The notes below the pieces were generated by a model, which saw only the letters and a program-made list of their open reading frames with translations, did no database searches and had not been told where the DNA came from. The position numbers were made by a program, and so were the translations under genes. A stretch of 64,000 nt of DNA from Octopus vulgaris (taxonomy: Eukaryota): NCBI GenBank assembly GCA_951406725.2, contig OX597815.1:185876001-185940000 (forward strand), given 5' to 3'. This document shows positions 1-12,420 of the stretch, in pieces; the stretch's first letter is position 1, and every line of letters starts with the position of its first letter.

Positions 1-118
1 GATAACTGATGAAGAATTAGGGTCCTTTTGTGTCTGTCCTACGTGTACGTTTTGCCGTATTTAATGCATTTTTCATTTATTGAGTAGCTGAACGTCACAC
101 ATCACAACGTTTGATAAG

Positions 119-120
<2 letters not shown>

Positions 121-195
<75 letters not shown>
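121..195. repeat. (TA)n microsatellite
   Basis: Pure TA run. Confidence 0.98.
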
Positions 196-197
<2 letters not shown>

Positions 198-431
198 GGA
201 GTAAGCACATAAATGTGAAACAAGGTGGAAAAAAAGAGTACTCAAATACCAGAGGTAGAGTAATATGCTTTATTTAAAAGCAACAGAAATATAACAAAAG
301 CTGTAACTCAGAGTTTCACGATCCCGTTCGTCGGACACTTTTGTTAAAAAAATTTTTAACAAAACTGTCCGACGAACGGGATCGTGAAACTCTGATTTAC
401 AGCTTTTGTTATATTTCTGCTACTTTTAAAT
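196..431. mobile_element. Penelope-like element terminal fragment with foldback (inverted repeat 272-431)
   Basis: ~75-bp arms atttaaaagcaacagaaat.../...atttctgctacttttaaat next to (TA)n; each arm carries a hammerhead-like motif. Confidence 0.7.
365..402 (+). ncRNA. Minimal type I hammerhead ribozyme candidate, U4C core (mirror copy 301-338 on minus)
   Basis: ctgt-CCGACGA-acg(ggat)cgt-GAAAC-tc-t-ga(g/t)T-T-acag; stems I, II and III pair; each copy has one stem mismatch. Confidence 0.65.
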
Positions 432-623
432 TATATACGATTATATTATATATGATTTAAAAATAGGATAAAATCTTTATAAGAATTTATCAAGTAGTTA
501 GCGTGAAAAACCTCATAAGGGAAAAAAATCCATCAATTTTTTTCTTTAAAGTATTCATTTTTATTTTATAGAGGGGAATTTTTACACATAAATGCCCTCT
601 ATAACATAAAAATGAATATGTAA

Positions 624-695
<72 letters not shown>

Positions 696-854
696 TGTAT
701 GTATGTATGTATGTATGTATATACGTATTTTCTTTTCTAGTTTCAATCCGATGATAGCAGCCACGCTGGGGCACCATGATAAGTGCTAATGCACGAAACA
801 CTCGACCATTGAGTCAGTTTGTTGCTTCTGTTAAATGTGTGTGTGTGTGTCCCA

Positions 855-1175
855 AGGCACACAGTTCAGTGGCTAGGGCATTCGGCTCACAGTCGTAAGG
901 TCATGAGTACAAATATCTGGCCACGCGTTATGTCCTTGAGCAAGACCCTTTATTTCACGTTGCTCCAGTCCACTAAGCTGGCAAAAATGAGTATTAGCTG
1001 TATTTCAAAAAGCCGGCCTTGTCACATTCTGTGTCACGCTGAATCTCCCGGAGAACTATGTTACGGGTACACGTGTCTGTGGATTGCTCAGTCACGTGCA
1101 CGTTAATTTCACGAGCAGGCTATTCCGTTGATCGTATCAGCTGGGACCCTCGTCGTCGTAACCGACGGAGCGCTC
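855..1175 (+). mobile_element. tRNA-derived SINE, family C-related (alternative head)
   Basis: Degenerate A/B boxes; 3' half ending cgtcgtcgtaaccgacggag matches copies at 1536 and 7938. Confidence 0.85.
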
Positions 1176-1176
1176 C

Positions 1177-1226
<50 letters not shown>

Positions 1227-1257
1227 TCATGTTTCGATTTCTATTTTCCCTGTTTGA

Positions 1258-1500
1258 GTGGAGGGAAGATTTCCGCGGTGTTATAAATGTGGCCTGAAGG
1301 GCTACATTAGAGTCGAGCGCCCTCCATCACTGGAAAAGGCCGAGGAGAGTGAAAAAAAAACGGTAGGTGTTCCACAGTCCGTGGAGGGAAAAGACGTGAC
1401 ATTACAGAGGGTGAGAAGCACCAGCATTGAGGAAGAAGAGCTGGGAGATAGAAGAGAAGAAGAAAAGAAAAAGAAGAGGACACATGTGGTAAAGAATGAC
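1258..1500 (+). pseudogene. Tx1/L1-like ORF1 fragment with gag-type zinc knuckle
   Basis: VEGRFPRCYKCGLKGYIR resembles VEGRNP-RCFQCGQLGQI at ~60020-60090 (minus). Confidence 0.65.
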
Positions 1501-1535
1501 CTCTTTTAATATATATACTCTCTTCTTTCTTTTAG

Positions 1536-1917
1536 GAGCACTCCGTCGGTTGCGGCGATGAGGGTCCCAGCTGATACGATCAACGGAACAGCTTGCTCGT
1601 GATATTAACGTGCAAGTGGCTGAGCACTCCACAGACACGCGTACCCTTAACGTAGTTCTCGGGGAGACTCAGCGTGACACAGAGTGTGACAAGGCTGGCC
1701 CTTTGAAATACAGGTACAAGAAAAACAGGAAGAAAGAGCGAGAGAAAGTTGTGGTGAAAAAGTACAGCAGAGTGCACCACCATCCCCTGCCGGATGCCTC
1801 GAGGAGCTTTTAGGTGTTTTCGCTCAATAAACACTCACAACGCCCGGTCTGGGAATCGAAACCGCGATCCTCCGACCGCGAGTCCGCTGCCCTAACCACT
1901 GGGCCATTGCGCCTCCA
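1536..1917 (-). mobile_element. tRNA-derived SINE family C, full length
   Basis: Head GGAGGCGCAATGGCCCAGTGGTTAGG...GGTTTCGATTCC; gacctcttttaatatatat repeated on both sides (1498, 1919). Confidence 0.92.
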
Positions 1918-2519
1918 CGACCTCTTTTAATATATATATACTCACACTCATGTTTCGAGTTCTATTTTTCCTGTTTGCATCACTAAACACACAAACACAC
2001 ACACACATGTATACGTGTGTGTGCGTATGTACCCACACAGCACCCTGATATTGATGATTTTCTCTAACCTTCAGAGGACCAGACAGCAAAGAGCTATGAT
2101 AAGAACCGACGCAATCTGAGATCTATACGACCCATGCAAAGCATGAAGGAACTCAATCGCTAGAGTTGTTGATTCTGATGATGAAAATGATGTTGGTACT
2201 GATGATGATGGTGATAATTATGCCCCTTTATTGACTGAAACAGGCTTCTGTATAATTAGTTCAAGCACACGACGTTGGAACGTTTGGAAATGTATTTTTA
2301 TCAGAGATAATTACGGCCTGGGTATATTTTAAGTTTAAACTTTCTCTTCCGTCTTAGAAATATGAGTCAAAATCCACACACGCAGAGAAACACATATGGC
2401 ATAATTATTATGGCATTAAATATTCAACAAACAGAACCAAAAAGGAGAAATATATAAGAAAATAACCTGAGCCGCTTTCTAAGAAAATGTCAAACTTTTG
2501 TTGGGAAAAATGTCAGGGA

Positions 2520-4340
2520 TTATTATTATTATTGTTGTTGTTGTTGTTGCTGCTGTAATCATTATCTTTCATATACACACAACAGATTAGATTGTTGGAA
2601 AAGAAAACAATTCCTAACATTGGGCTACAACAAGTAACCTTAGATGCCGAGAACCCTACTAAATATCCTAGCTGTTCCTAATAACACTGTTTTCTGCAGC
2701 TGTACTAAACTGGATTTTATGTCTATTTCCTCTATCCATCTGTTCAGATCTTTAGAGACAGTTCCTAATGCACCTATAACTACTGAGATACATCTTACCC
2801 GCACTTTCCATAGCCTCTCTAATTCAATGGCTAGGTCCTGGTACTTTGCTATTTTTTCTATATTTCTCATATTGATTTTTTCACCATTTGGGACTGCATA
2901 GTCAATTATCTGCTATTTTCTATTCTCTTTATCCACTACTACCAATCTACTACTACTAAATAGCTTCTATTACTCTGCCAGTCTGAACGTTAAAGTCCCA
3001 CATATCTTATATCTCTCACATTATAGTACTTTTCTAGATTCATGTTCATACCGTTTATCAGTATGTTCAAATTCTAGCTTCCTACATAACTCCCAGTAGA
3101 TTATTCTCCCTAGATTGTCATGTCTTTTCTTGTATTCTTTGTGTGCCAACACGCTACAATCACTTACTATATGAGAAACACTTTCCTCTTTTGACTTGCA
3201 CAGCCCACATTAGGAATCTACTTGGTATTTGTCTACCTTAACCTTTATCCAATGAGTCCTTGATGCTTGATCTTGTGCTGCTATTAAACTTTCTGCCTCT
3301 CTTTTCAGTTTTCCTTTCTGTAACCATAACCATGCCTCACTACTCTACTTTGCGGGAAACTGTCTTTGGGAATCTTCCATGCAACGCTTTCTCCTGCTAG
3401 TCAGATAATTGTTGTTCTTTTCCTGGTTTTTAAGTTCGTTTGGGTTTTTGGTTTCCCTATGTCTTGCTATGATTCTAGCAGCTTTTAATAAGCTTTATTC
3501 GCTATTACCTACAAAGTAGTCTATACCTACTCTAGCTAACTCCACGCAGTCTTCTACTGATAGTAACCCTCTTCCACATTCCTTTCCAGGTAGGTGTAAT
3601 CTTGCTACTCCTGCCCTCGGGTGGAGTCCTCCATTTATATTGAATTCATACCTAGTTCTTCTGTCTAGCTTTGCTAATTCAGATTTTGTCAAATCTACAA
3701 AAGCTGCTGAGTATCTAAGAATGCCCAAGTATTAACAGCCTTAAGGCGGCGAGCTGGCAAAAACGTTACAACGCCGGACGAAATGCTTAGCAGTATTTCG
3801 TCTGCCGTTACGTTCTGAGTTCAAATCCCGCCGAGGTCGACTTTGCCTTTCATCCTTTCGGGGTCGATAAATTAAGTACCAGTTACGCACTGGGGTCGAT
3901 GTAATCGACTTAATCCCTTTGTCTGTCCTTGTTTGTCCACTCTATGTTTAGCTCTTTGTGGGTAATAAAGAAATCAGTATTAACAGCCTTCACTAGATTC
4001 GGACCATTTAGCTCTGACTTCATTAGCTTCCTCACCCTTTTGATGTACTCCTCAATTTTCGTTTTCATTTCTAATACTCCTAGACACCTATAACTCTCTC
4101 CTCTTTTCAATGATTTTAATGTCTGGTAATTGGATGCCTTCGCTGTTCACTACATGACTCCTTTTCATGACTAATATTGCACACTTATCTATGCCAAATT
4201 CCGTGCCCTTATCTTTGCTGAAGAGTCTTACAGTCTATATTAAGGAATCTATCGCTTTTTCTTTCTTTCTAAAGAGTTTCAGATCATTCTTGTAGAGGAA
4301 ATGGTTAATTTTTTCCCTTACTATTTCTGAACTGATACCC
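2520..4340 (-). mobile_element. 5'-truncated R4/Dong-like (RLE-type) non-LTR retrotransposon
   Basis: Decayed RT (INHFLYKNDLKLF, YRCLGV), thumb HPRAGVARLHLPGKECGRGL, zinc finger region SHIVSDC...RHDN, endonuclease EKIAKYQDLAIELERLWK...VVIGALG; 3' end runs into (AAT)n. Confidence 0.9.
3743..3975 (+). mobile_element. SINE family A, full length, inserted in the LINE
   Basis: 15-bp TSD agtattaacagcctt at 3728-3742 and 3976-3990. Confidence 0.95.
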
Positions 4341-4374
4341 TAATAGTTATTGATAGTGATATATCTGTAGTAGC

Positions 4375-5480
4375 TTTTAAAGATTTCTGGTTTAGAAGTA
4401 GATTTCGGGTATATATATATTTCGGGTATACAAACATGTCAGGTATACAAATCTATTTCTTGTAGCTTTCAAAGATTTCGGGTATACAAAGATATCGGGT
4501 ATATAAAGATTTCGTGTATACAAAGATATCGGGTATATAAAGATTTCGGGTATGGAAAGTAGATTTCGGGTCTATAAAGATTTCGGGTACACAGACATGA
4601 CGGGTATACAAATCTATTTCTTGTAGCTTTCAAAGATTTCGGGTATACAAAGATATCGGGTATATAAAGATTTCGTGTATACAAAGATATCGGGTATATA
4701 AAGATTTCGGGTATGGAAAGTAGATTTCGGGTCTATAAAGATTTCGGGTACACAGACATGACGGGTATACAAAGCTTTCAAAGATTTTGGGTATACAAAG
4801 ATATCGGGTATATAAAGATTTCGTGTATAGAAAGATATCGGGTATATAAAGATTTCGGGTATGGAAAGTAGATTTCGGGTCTATAAAGATTTCGGGTACA
4901 CAGACATGACGGGTATACAAAGCTTTCAAAGATTTCGGGTATACAAAGATATCGGGTATGAAAAGTAAAGATTTCGTGTATACAAAGATATCGGGTATGG
5001 CAGAGTCGTTAGCACGCCGGGCGAAATCTTAGCGGTATTTCGTCTGTCGTTACGTTCTGAGTTCAAATTCCGCCGAGGTCGACTTTGCCGTTCATCCTTT
5101 CGGGGTCGATAAATTAAGTACCAGTTACGCACTGGAGTCGATATAATCGACTTAATCCCTATCATCAAGTTTACCTTTTGTGGCAACATTTAGCCCCTTG
5201 TGTGTAGTAAAGAAATGGGTATATAAAGATTTCGGGTCTATAAAGATTTCGGGTATACAGACATGCCGGTTATACAAATCTATTTCTTGTAGCTTTCAAA
5301 GATTTCGGGTATACAAAGATATCGGGTATATAAAGATTTCGTGTATACAGAGATATCGGGTATATAAAGATTTCGGGTATAGAAAGTAGATTTCGGGTAT
5401 ACAGACATGTCGGATATACAAATCTATTTCTTGTAGCTTTCAAAGATTTCGGGTATACAAAGATATCGGGTATGAAAAGT
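4375..5480. repeat. Minisatellite of ~17-bp units (aaagatWtcgggtataY) with 148-161-bp higher-order repeat
   Basis: Higher-order blocks start at 4469, 4630, 4778 and 4926. Confidence 0.93.
4999..5216 (+). mobile_element. SINE family A inserted in the satellite
   Basis: SINE A body flanked by gggtat on both sides. Confidence 0.9.
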
Positions 5481-5536
5481 AGTAGCAGTGCTTAGATGAG
5501 GATGATGATGATGAGGAGGAAGAGGAGGATGAGGAG

Positions 5537-6233
5537 TGGTGGTAGCGGTGAGGATGGTGTTTCAGAGGAGCTATTTTCGGTTTCTTTCTTTCTTTCTTTT
5601 TTTTTTTAGCACCAACATTTGGTTTCTAAGAATAATGTATAAAAGTTTGTTGTTTCAGTCAATTTTCAGCCATATTTAAGCGAACATACTCACGACAAGA
5701 ATGTTCCAGACGAAATCTTCCCATCATCAAGTTTACCTTTTGTGGCAACATTGTTCAAAGTGATCCCTTTTCTCCCGCGACGGCTGGTGTGAATGGAAGA
5801 AACCTGGGTGCTGTTTCTCAAAATTCGAGCTCCCTCCTGTCTAGATGCTCGTTCCTTGGTTTTTTTTCTCTGTCTCCTCGGGTGCAGAAGCGGGAAGTAT
5901 GTATATGTATCGTCTCTCTCCCCGCCTCTCTCTCTATATATATATGATAGATACCAGACGACAACACAGAATCATCTGATTATTAAATGTTTACAAGCAA
6001 CCTTTCATTACAGCGATGTAATAAACCAGTCTTACTAGAACCAACATGGCGATATTAATACCGATGGCGGTGGTAGGGGAAGATTTGGTAATAATGATGC
6101 AGATGATGGTGGTGGTAGCGGTGACGATGGTGTTTCAGAAGCTATTTTCTTTCTTTCTTTCTTTCTTTTTTTTTTTTGCAAACACTTGGTTTCAAAGAAT
6201 AATGTATAAAAGTTTGTTGTTTCAGTCAATTTT
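5537..6233 (+). repeat. ~130-bp dispersed direct repeat (5537-5666 and 6106-6232)
   Basis: gtggtggtagcggtga...aataatgtataaaagtttgttgtttcagtcaatttt occurs twice. Confidence 0.85.
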
Positions 6234-6398
6234 CTAACTAATGCCGTTAAATGGCTAAACAATAAAAGTTTATAATTAATTTATAGTTATTTATATGCGT
6301 GTGTGTGTGTGTGTGTGAGTATGTGTAGAGAGAGAGGCACATAGAGAGAGAGAGAGAAAGAAAGAAAGAAGGGCGATAAGTAGATAAGACAGACATAC

Positions 6399-6431
<33 letters not shown>

Positions 6432-6432
6432 T

Positions 6433-7140
6433 GTTTCTTTATTAGCCACACCGGGCTGCACACAGATAGAACAAATTACAAGGTAGAGCTTTTCTTTTGA
6501 AGGGTTAGAGAAAAAAAAAAAAAAAAAAAAAAAAAGGAAGGGGGAGTTTCGATCAAAAGGGATCGTAAAAGGAGAGAAAGAGGACAAAAAAAGGGGGTTA
6601 AAAAAAGGGGGGGAGGAAAAAAAATTGATCAATAGGGATCGTTATATACAGAAATGTCAATATGAAGTGTAAAGGGGAGGACAGGTGAGGTTTACCCGTG
6701 GAAAGAAAAGCCTACGGAAAAGACCACGGTAACCTCGGTCAATGAAGTCACATTTTATATTTCTTTTTTTTTTTTTTTTATTGCAAATAAGCAACTCTCT
6801 GTTTTCGATTTCTGGGTTCATAGGACTATGCTCAAGGTGGCTTCGTCATTCATACGTGCCATTCTTGCTACATTCACCCATCTTTTTTAAAACATTCGCT
6901 AGACAAAACTTGCCTCTCTACTCTCACTTTCCTTTTCAAGTGGTACTTGAAGAAGTTGATGAGAGATTGACCAGAGAGGAAAGTGTTTGTCTCCAATCCT
7001 TTCAGACGCGTCCACCAGATACATTCTTTCGCCATAGCCACAAGGATGATGAAAATAGCTCTTCCTTCCCGTTTGAAGGAAGGAGGCGTGACAATATTGA
7101 CGATAGACTCAGCTGATAAACCGACTCGTCCCACACGTGA
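6433..7140 (-). mobile_element. 5'-truncated Tx1/L1-like LINE in a (GATA)n tract
   Basis: ORF2 C-terminus LSAESIVNI...LVAMAKECIWWTRLKG; 3' UTR ends gtgtggctaataaagaaac; (GATA)n on both sides. Confidence 0.85.
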
Positions 7141-7147
7141 TAGATTT

Positions 7148-7205
<58 letters not shown>

Positions 7206-7216
7206 GGATACATAGA

Positions 7217-7488
7217 CAGGGCTGCACACAGACAGGACAAATTACAAGGTAGAGCTTTTCTTTTGGGGGTAAAAAAAAGGGGGGTTGGTTTTCGATCAAA
7301 AGGGATCGTAAAAGAAAAGAAAGAGGATAAAAAAGGGGGGGATAAAATTTAAAAAAAAAAAGGGGGTGGGAAAGGAAAAAAATTGATCAATAGGGATCGT
7401 TATCACAGAAATGTCAATATGAAGTGTAAAGGGGAGGACAGGTGAGGTTTACCCGTGGAAAGAAAAGCCTACGGAAAAGACCACGGTA
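7217..7488 (-). mobile_element. Second copy (3' UTR only) of the same Tx1-like family
   Basis: Near-identical to 6450-6730; flanked by GATA/GACA repeats. Confidence 0.85.
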
Positions 7489-7937
7489 GACAGACAGAAG
7501 ATAGTCAGTCAGCCAGCCAGACAGATAGAACTGTCGTAGACTTAGTATTGGGTGGTATTTTATGCCATATATTTTAATTATTAATTCAATTTTAAGTGCA
7601 CTCATTAACTAATTAAAGTAAAAATGTATTAGCATGTGTGTGTGTGTGTGTGTGTGAATATGATCTGGTTGCTTGTACCATGCTTTCGCTAATTGCTTTA
7701 GGTCTGTTTAGTTGCGAGCAGACTCATTCCTTACCTGATGAAAATCAATCAGTGTTGGAAATTGTGATTGATGACTCAGATTCAGCTTGTAAAGTATAGA
7801 CGTGCGTAAAAACAGGGGAAATGCATTGAGAACTTGATGGTTAAGCATAAGACTCTGTGACTTGCGGTGAAGAGGTCAGATGTGGATTGGAGAATCGTCA
7901 GTTTCAGATAAAGTACCTTATAATTTTACGTAAGGAG

Positions 7938-8318
7938 GAAGTACTCCGTCGGTTACGACGACGAGGGTTCCGGTTGATCCGATCAACGGAACAGCCTGCT
8001 CGTGAAAATTAACGTGTAAGCGGCTGAGCACTCCACAGACACGTGTACCCTTAACGTAGTTCTCGGGGATATTCAGCGTGACACAGAGAGTGACAAGGCC
8101 GGCCCTTTGAAATACAGGTACAACAGAAACAGGAAGTAAGAGTGAGAGAAAGTTGTGGTGAAAGAGTACAGCAGGGATCACCACCATCCCCTGCCGGAGC
8201 TCGTGGAGCCTTAAGTATTTTCGCTCAATAAACACTCACAACGCCCGGTCTGGGAATCGAAACCGCGATCCTACGACCGCGAGTCCGCTGCCCTAACCAC
8301 TGGGCCATTGCGCCTCCA
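7938..8318 (-). mobile_element. SINE family C, full length
   Basis: Matches 1536-1917; taattttacgtaa on both flanks. Confidence 0.93.
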
Positions 8319-8342
8319 CTCTAATTTTACGTAAAACTCATT

Positions 8343-8725
8343 AAGTGGCTGTGTGGTAAGAAGCTTGCTTCTCAACCAAATGGTTTCAGGTTAAGTCCCA
8401 CTGCGTATCTTCTGATTATAGCGTCGGACCGACCACACATTTTGAGTGGATATGGTAGACGTGTGTGTATGTGTGTGTGTGCGTTATTATTATTATTATT
8501 TTTTTTTTTTTTGTATCTGTGTTTGTCCTCCATCACCGATTGACAACGGGTGTTGGTGTGTTTACATCCTCGCAAGTTAGCAGTCCGATAAAAGAAACCG
8601 ATAGAATAAGTACCAAGCTTAAAACATAAGTACCTGGGTAGATTCATTCGGTTAAAGATTCTTCATGGCAGTGCCCCAGCATGGCCGCGTCTTAATAACT
8701 AAAACAAGTAACGCATAAAAGAAAA
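8343..8725 (+). mobile_element. SINE family B (tRNA head, internal microsatellite), diverged
   Basis: gtggctgtgtggtaag head; cagcatggccgc...aaacaagtaa tail. Confidence 0.85.
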
Positions 8726-8747
8726 AGTATTGAATGCCAAGGCCGAC

Positions 8748-8854
8748 ATTTGCTGTAGCCCATCTTTTAACCAAGACAAAACAATGTACATGATAACACT
8801 TCCAATCAGTTAAGATCAAAAGCTATGAGAAGCACTGACTGGTACAGCATCAGG

Positions 8855-8892
<38 letters not shown>

Positions 8893-9450
8893 GAGTGAGA
8901 GAGCAGTGCATGCCATCAAAGTGACACTGGGGTAAAATATACGAAGCCCAATATACCCATCATGACTACCCGTCTGATAAGGGTACACCAGGCACATGCA
9001 TCACAACCATATGTGCGCGACATGGTGATCTCATATCAAGATAAGCAGCGCATGACCTTGCAGGTGGGGCCCAGTTAGAATTTTCTTCAGGTTGAGTAAC
9101 CCATCCCGCTCAAAAGGTCCCTGAATAAGGGTTGCTTAAGGATGTTGAAAGAACCACCCATGTTTCCAGAGGTGAATTATTCAGACCCCAAAGAATCCCT
9201 CTCAGCACATGGCTATGATGCTCCCTCACTACTTCTGCTCGTGATCAGAGATGCACATATCGTCAGCTCAACTGGTTATGGTCAGACAACTGACAAGCAA
9301 ATCTGTGGTATTGAGCAGAATATTTGCTGTAGCCCATCTTTTATACCAAGACAAAACAATGTACACGATAACACTTCCAATCAGTTAAGATCAGAAGCCA
9401 TGAGAGCCACTGCCTGGTACTGCATCAGGGCATTTATTATTATTATTATT
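8748..9450. mobile_element. Non-coding retroposon-like element between (TTA)n tracts (8893-9432) plus a partial tandem copy (8748-8856)
   Basis: 110-bp terminus atttgctgtagcccatc...catcaggg occurs twice, each followed by (TTA)n. Confidence 0.65.
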
Positions 9451-9556
9451 ATCCTGTCGGGGTCGATAACATAAGTACCAGTTGTGCCCTGTTATCGATG
9501 TAATCGATTACCCTCCCTCCACCAAAATTCAGGCCTTGTGCCTATATTAGAAAGGA

Positions 9557-10080
9557 TTACTACTACTGCTGCTACTACTTCTAGTACTACTCTTACTACA
9601 GCTGCTACTACTACTACTACTACTACTACAACTACTACTACTACTGCTGCTGCTGCTGCTTCTACTACTACTGCTTCTACTACTACTACTACTACTGTGC
9701 TACTACAACTACTACTATTACTGCTGCTGCTGCTACTACTACTGCCACTGCTGCTACTACTACTAGTACTACACCTACTACAGCTGCTGCTGCTACTACT
9801 AGTACTACTGCTGCTACCGCTGCTATTACTACTACTACTACTACTACTGCTGCTACTACTACTACTACAACTGCTGCTGCTGCTACTACTGCTGCTACTA
9901 CAACTACTACTATTACTGCTGCTGCTGCTGCTACTGCTGCTACTACTACTGCCACTGCTGCTACTACTACTAGTACTACACCTACTACAGCTGCTGCTGC
10001 TACTACTAGTACTACTGCTGCTATTACTACTACTACAACTGCTGCTGCTGCTACTACTGCTGCTGCTGCTACTACAACTG

Positions 10081-10116
<36 letters not shown>

Positions 10117-10142
10117 GTAGTAGTAGTAGTAGTAGTAGTAGT
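9557..10142. repeat. Compound (CTA/CTG)n trinucleotide tract downstream of a SINE tail
   Basis: Low-complexity triplets with internal block duplication; SINE A-type remnant at 9455-9557. Confidence 0.95.
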
Positions 10143-10864
10143 TACCTGTCCCTTTCTCACCCTCTTCTACCTCGGCATTTTCCTCCCTTCCACTTATCAC
10201 CTTTACCATCTCCATCGAAATTCTCATCACTGTATTTTAGTTTCCTCACAGTAACCCCCCCCCCCCCAACACACACACACACCCATCCCAACTATTTGTT
10301 TGTTCGGCTTGTTAGACATGGTGGCAGCACCACCCAACCTGATTAATGCAGACGATCTTATGTAAAGGTATGTAGATGTCATTGACTTGGATGTCTAGTT
10401 AGGTAATCGTAGTTTGTTGTCTGGCGAAGAGATTAGCTTTCTCCATTAACTATAATCTTTTCTGCTTGGTGTAACGGATGGATGGTTTTTGATGGTTGGG
10501 TGACTGATTTGAAGAACTCATTAAACGGCTGGTTAGATGTGCATTTAATGTGTACGTTGTAAACTTTTGTAGACTTCGATCGAGAAGTTAGACGCTTTTG
10601 GGGTAGGTATTTAGTCTAGCGTATTATGAGCTCAAATCCTGTTATACTAAGTTTTGACAATCTTCTCTTCGTGATACTTGTAAAATGCCTCGCTTAATTA
10701 CTTCCAAATCAGGCACGTGGAGCCATCTCAGTTTCTGTACAGCTAAAACTTTAATTTGAATGAATATATATTTAAAGGATAACATCTCATCATCAATTTG
10801 CACCAGAATATTTTATTACGTCACATTCTATTCCAACGCTAATTTTAATATTGAAAATGTTAAT

Positions 10865-11245
10865 TTAGCACGCCGGACGAAATTCTTAGCGGAATTTCGT
10901 CTGCCGATACGTTCTGAGTTCAAATTCCGCCGAGGTCGACTTTGCCTTTCATCCTTTCGGGGTCGATTAAATTAAGTACCGGTTACGTAATGGGGTCTAT
11001 ATAATCGACTTAATCCGTTTTTCTGTCCTTGTTTGTTCTCTCTGTGTTTAGCCCCTTGTGGGTAGTAAAGAAATAGGTATTTCGTCTGTCGCTACGTTCT
11101 GAGTTCAAATTCCGCCGAGGTCGACTTTGCCTTTCATCCTTTCGGAGTCGATGAATTAAATACCAGTTGCATACGGGGTCGATCTAATCGACTGGCCTCC
11201 TCCCCAAGACATGTCGGTCCTTGTGCCAAGAGTAGGAAAGAATAT
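10865..11245 (+). mobile_element. SINE A tandem: tail-1 copy joined to a head-less tail-2 copy
   Basis: Junction aaagaaata|ggtatttcgtctg at 11075/11076. Confidence 0.9.
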
Positions 11246-11307
11246 TGAAGATGTTAATGATTTTACCAAATCGCTCCAATTTATCGATCACTTACCAAAT
11301 TACTCCA

Positions 11308-11705
11308 TTTTACTCCTTCTACTTGTTTCAGTCATTTTACTGCAGCCATGCTGGAGCACCGCTTTTAGTCGAACAAATCGACCTAAGAACTTATTCTTTA
11401 ATACAACTAGTACTTATTGTATCGGGATCTTTTGCCGGGCCGCTAAGTTACAGGGACATAAACACACTAACATCGGTTGTCAAACGATGGTGGCGGGACA
11501 AACACAGACATTCAAATATTAGTATGTATGTATGTATGTATGTGACGGGCTTCTTTCAGTTTCCGTCAACCAAATCCACTCACAAGGCTTTGGTCAGCCC
11601 GAAGGCATAATAGAAGACATTTGCCCAAAATTCCACGTGGTGGGACTGAACCCGGAACCATGTGGTTAAGAAGCAAGCTTCTTAGCACACATTCACTCCT
11701 GCGTC
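11308..11705 (-). mobile_element. SINE family B
   Basis: Full head-to-tail match to family B. Confidence 0.9.
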
Positions 11706-11723
11706 TCATTCATTTTGATAGAT

Positions 11724-12193
11724 TACTCTTTTACTTGTTTCAGTCATTTGACTGTAGCCATGCTGGAGCACCGCCTTTAGTCGAGCAAATCGACCTCAGG
11801 ACTTATTCTTTGTAAGCCTAGTACTTATTCTATCGGTCTCTTTTGGCGAACCGCTAAGTTACCTGGACGTAAACACACCAGCATCGGTTGTCAAGCGATG
11901 TTGGGGTGACAAACACAGACACACAAACATATACACACACATAAACACATATACACACACATACACACATATACATACATACATACATACATATATATAT
12001 ATACATACATACATATATATATATATACATTCATACATATATATATATATACATTCATACATATATATATATACATTCATACATATATATATATATACAT
12101 TCATACATATATATATATATACATTCATACATATATATATATATACATTCATACATATATATATATACATTCATACATATATATATATACATT

Positions 12194-12270
<77 letters not shown>

Positions 12271-12420
12271 GACGGGCTTCTTTCAGTTTACGTCTACCAA
12301 ATCCACTCACAAGGCTTTGGTCGGCCCGGGGCTATAGTAGAAGACACTTGCCCAAGGTGCCACGCAGTGGGACTCAACCCGGAACCATGTGGTTCGTAAG
12401 CTAGCTACTTACCACACAGC
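11724..12420 (-). mobile_element. SINE family B with expanded internal (TA/CATA)n
   Basis: Both halves flank a ~330-bp microsatellite. Confidence 0.92.

Noticed and set aside
1-40. CTGATGA at the window start as a hammerhead
   Set aside because: No downstream stem II or GAAA found
4375-5480. CRISPR-like array
   Set aside because: No unique spacers, no cas genes, eukaryotic context
7700-7800. Possible host exon (GLFSCEQTHSLPDENQSV...)
   Set aside because: Weak splice signals and no recognisable homology
9484-10254. 256-aa and 222-aa ORFs (poly-L/S/T)
   Set aside because: Translations of a triplet-repeat tract downstream of a SINE tail
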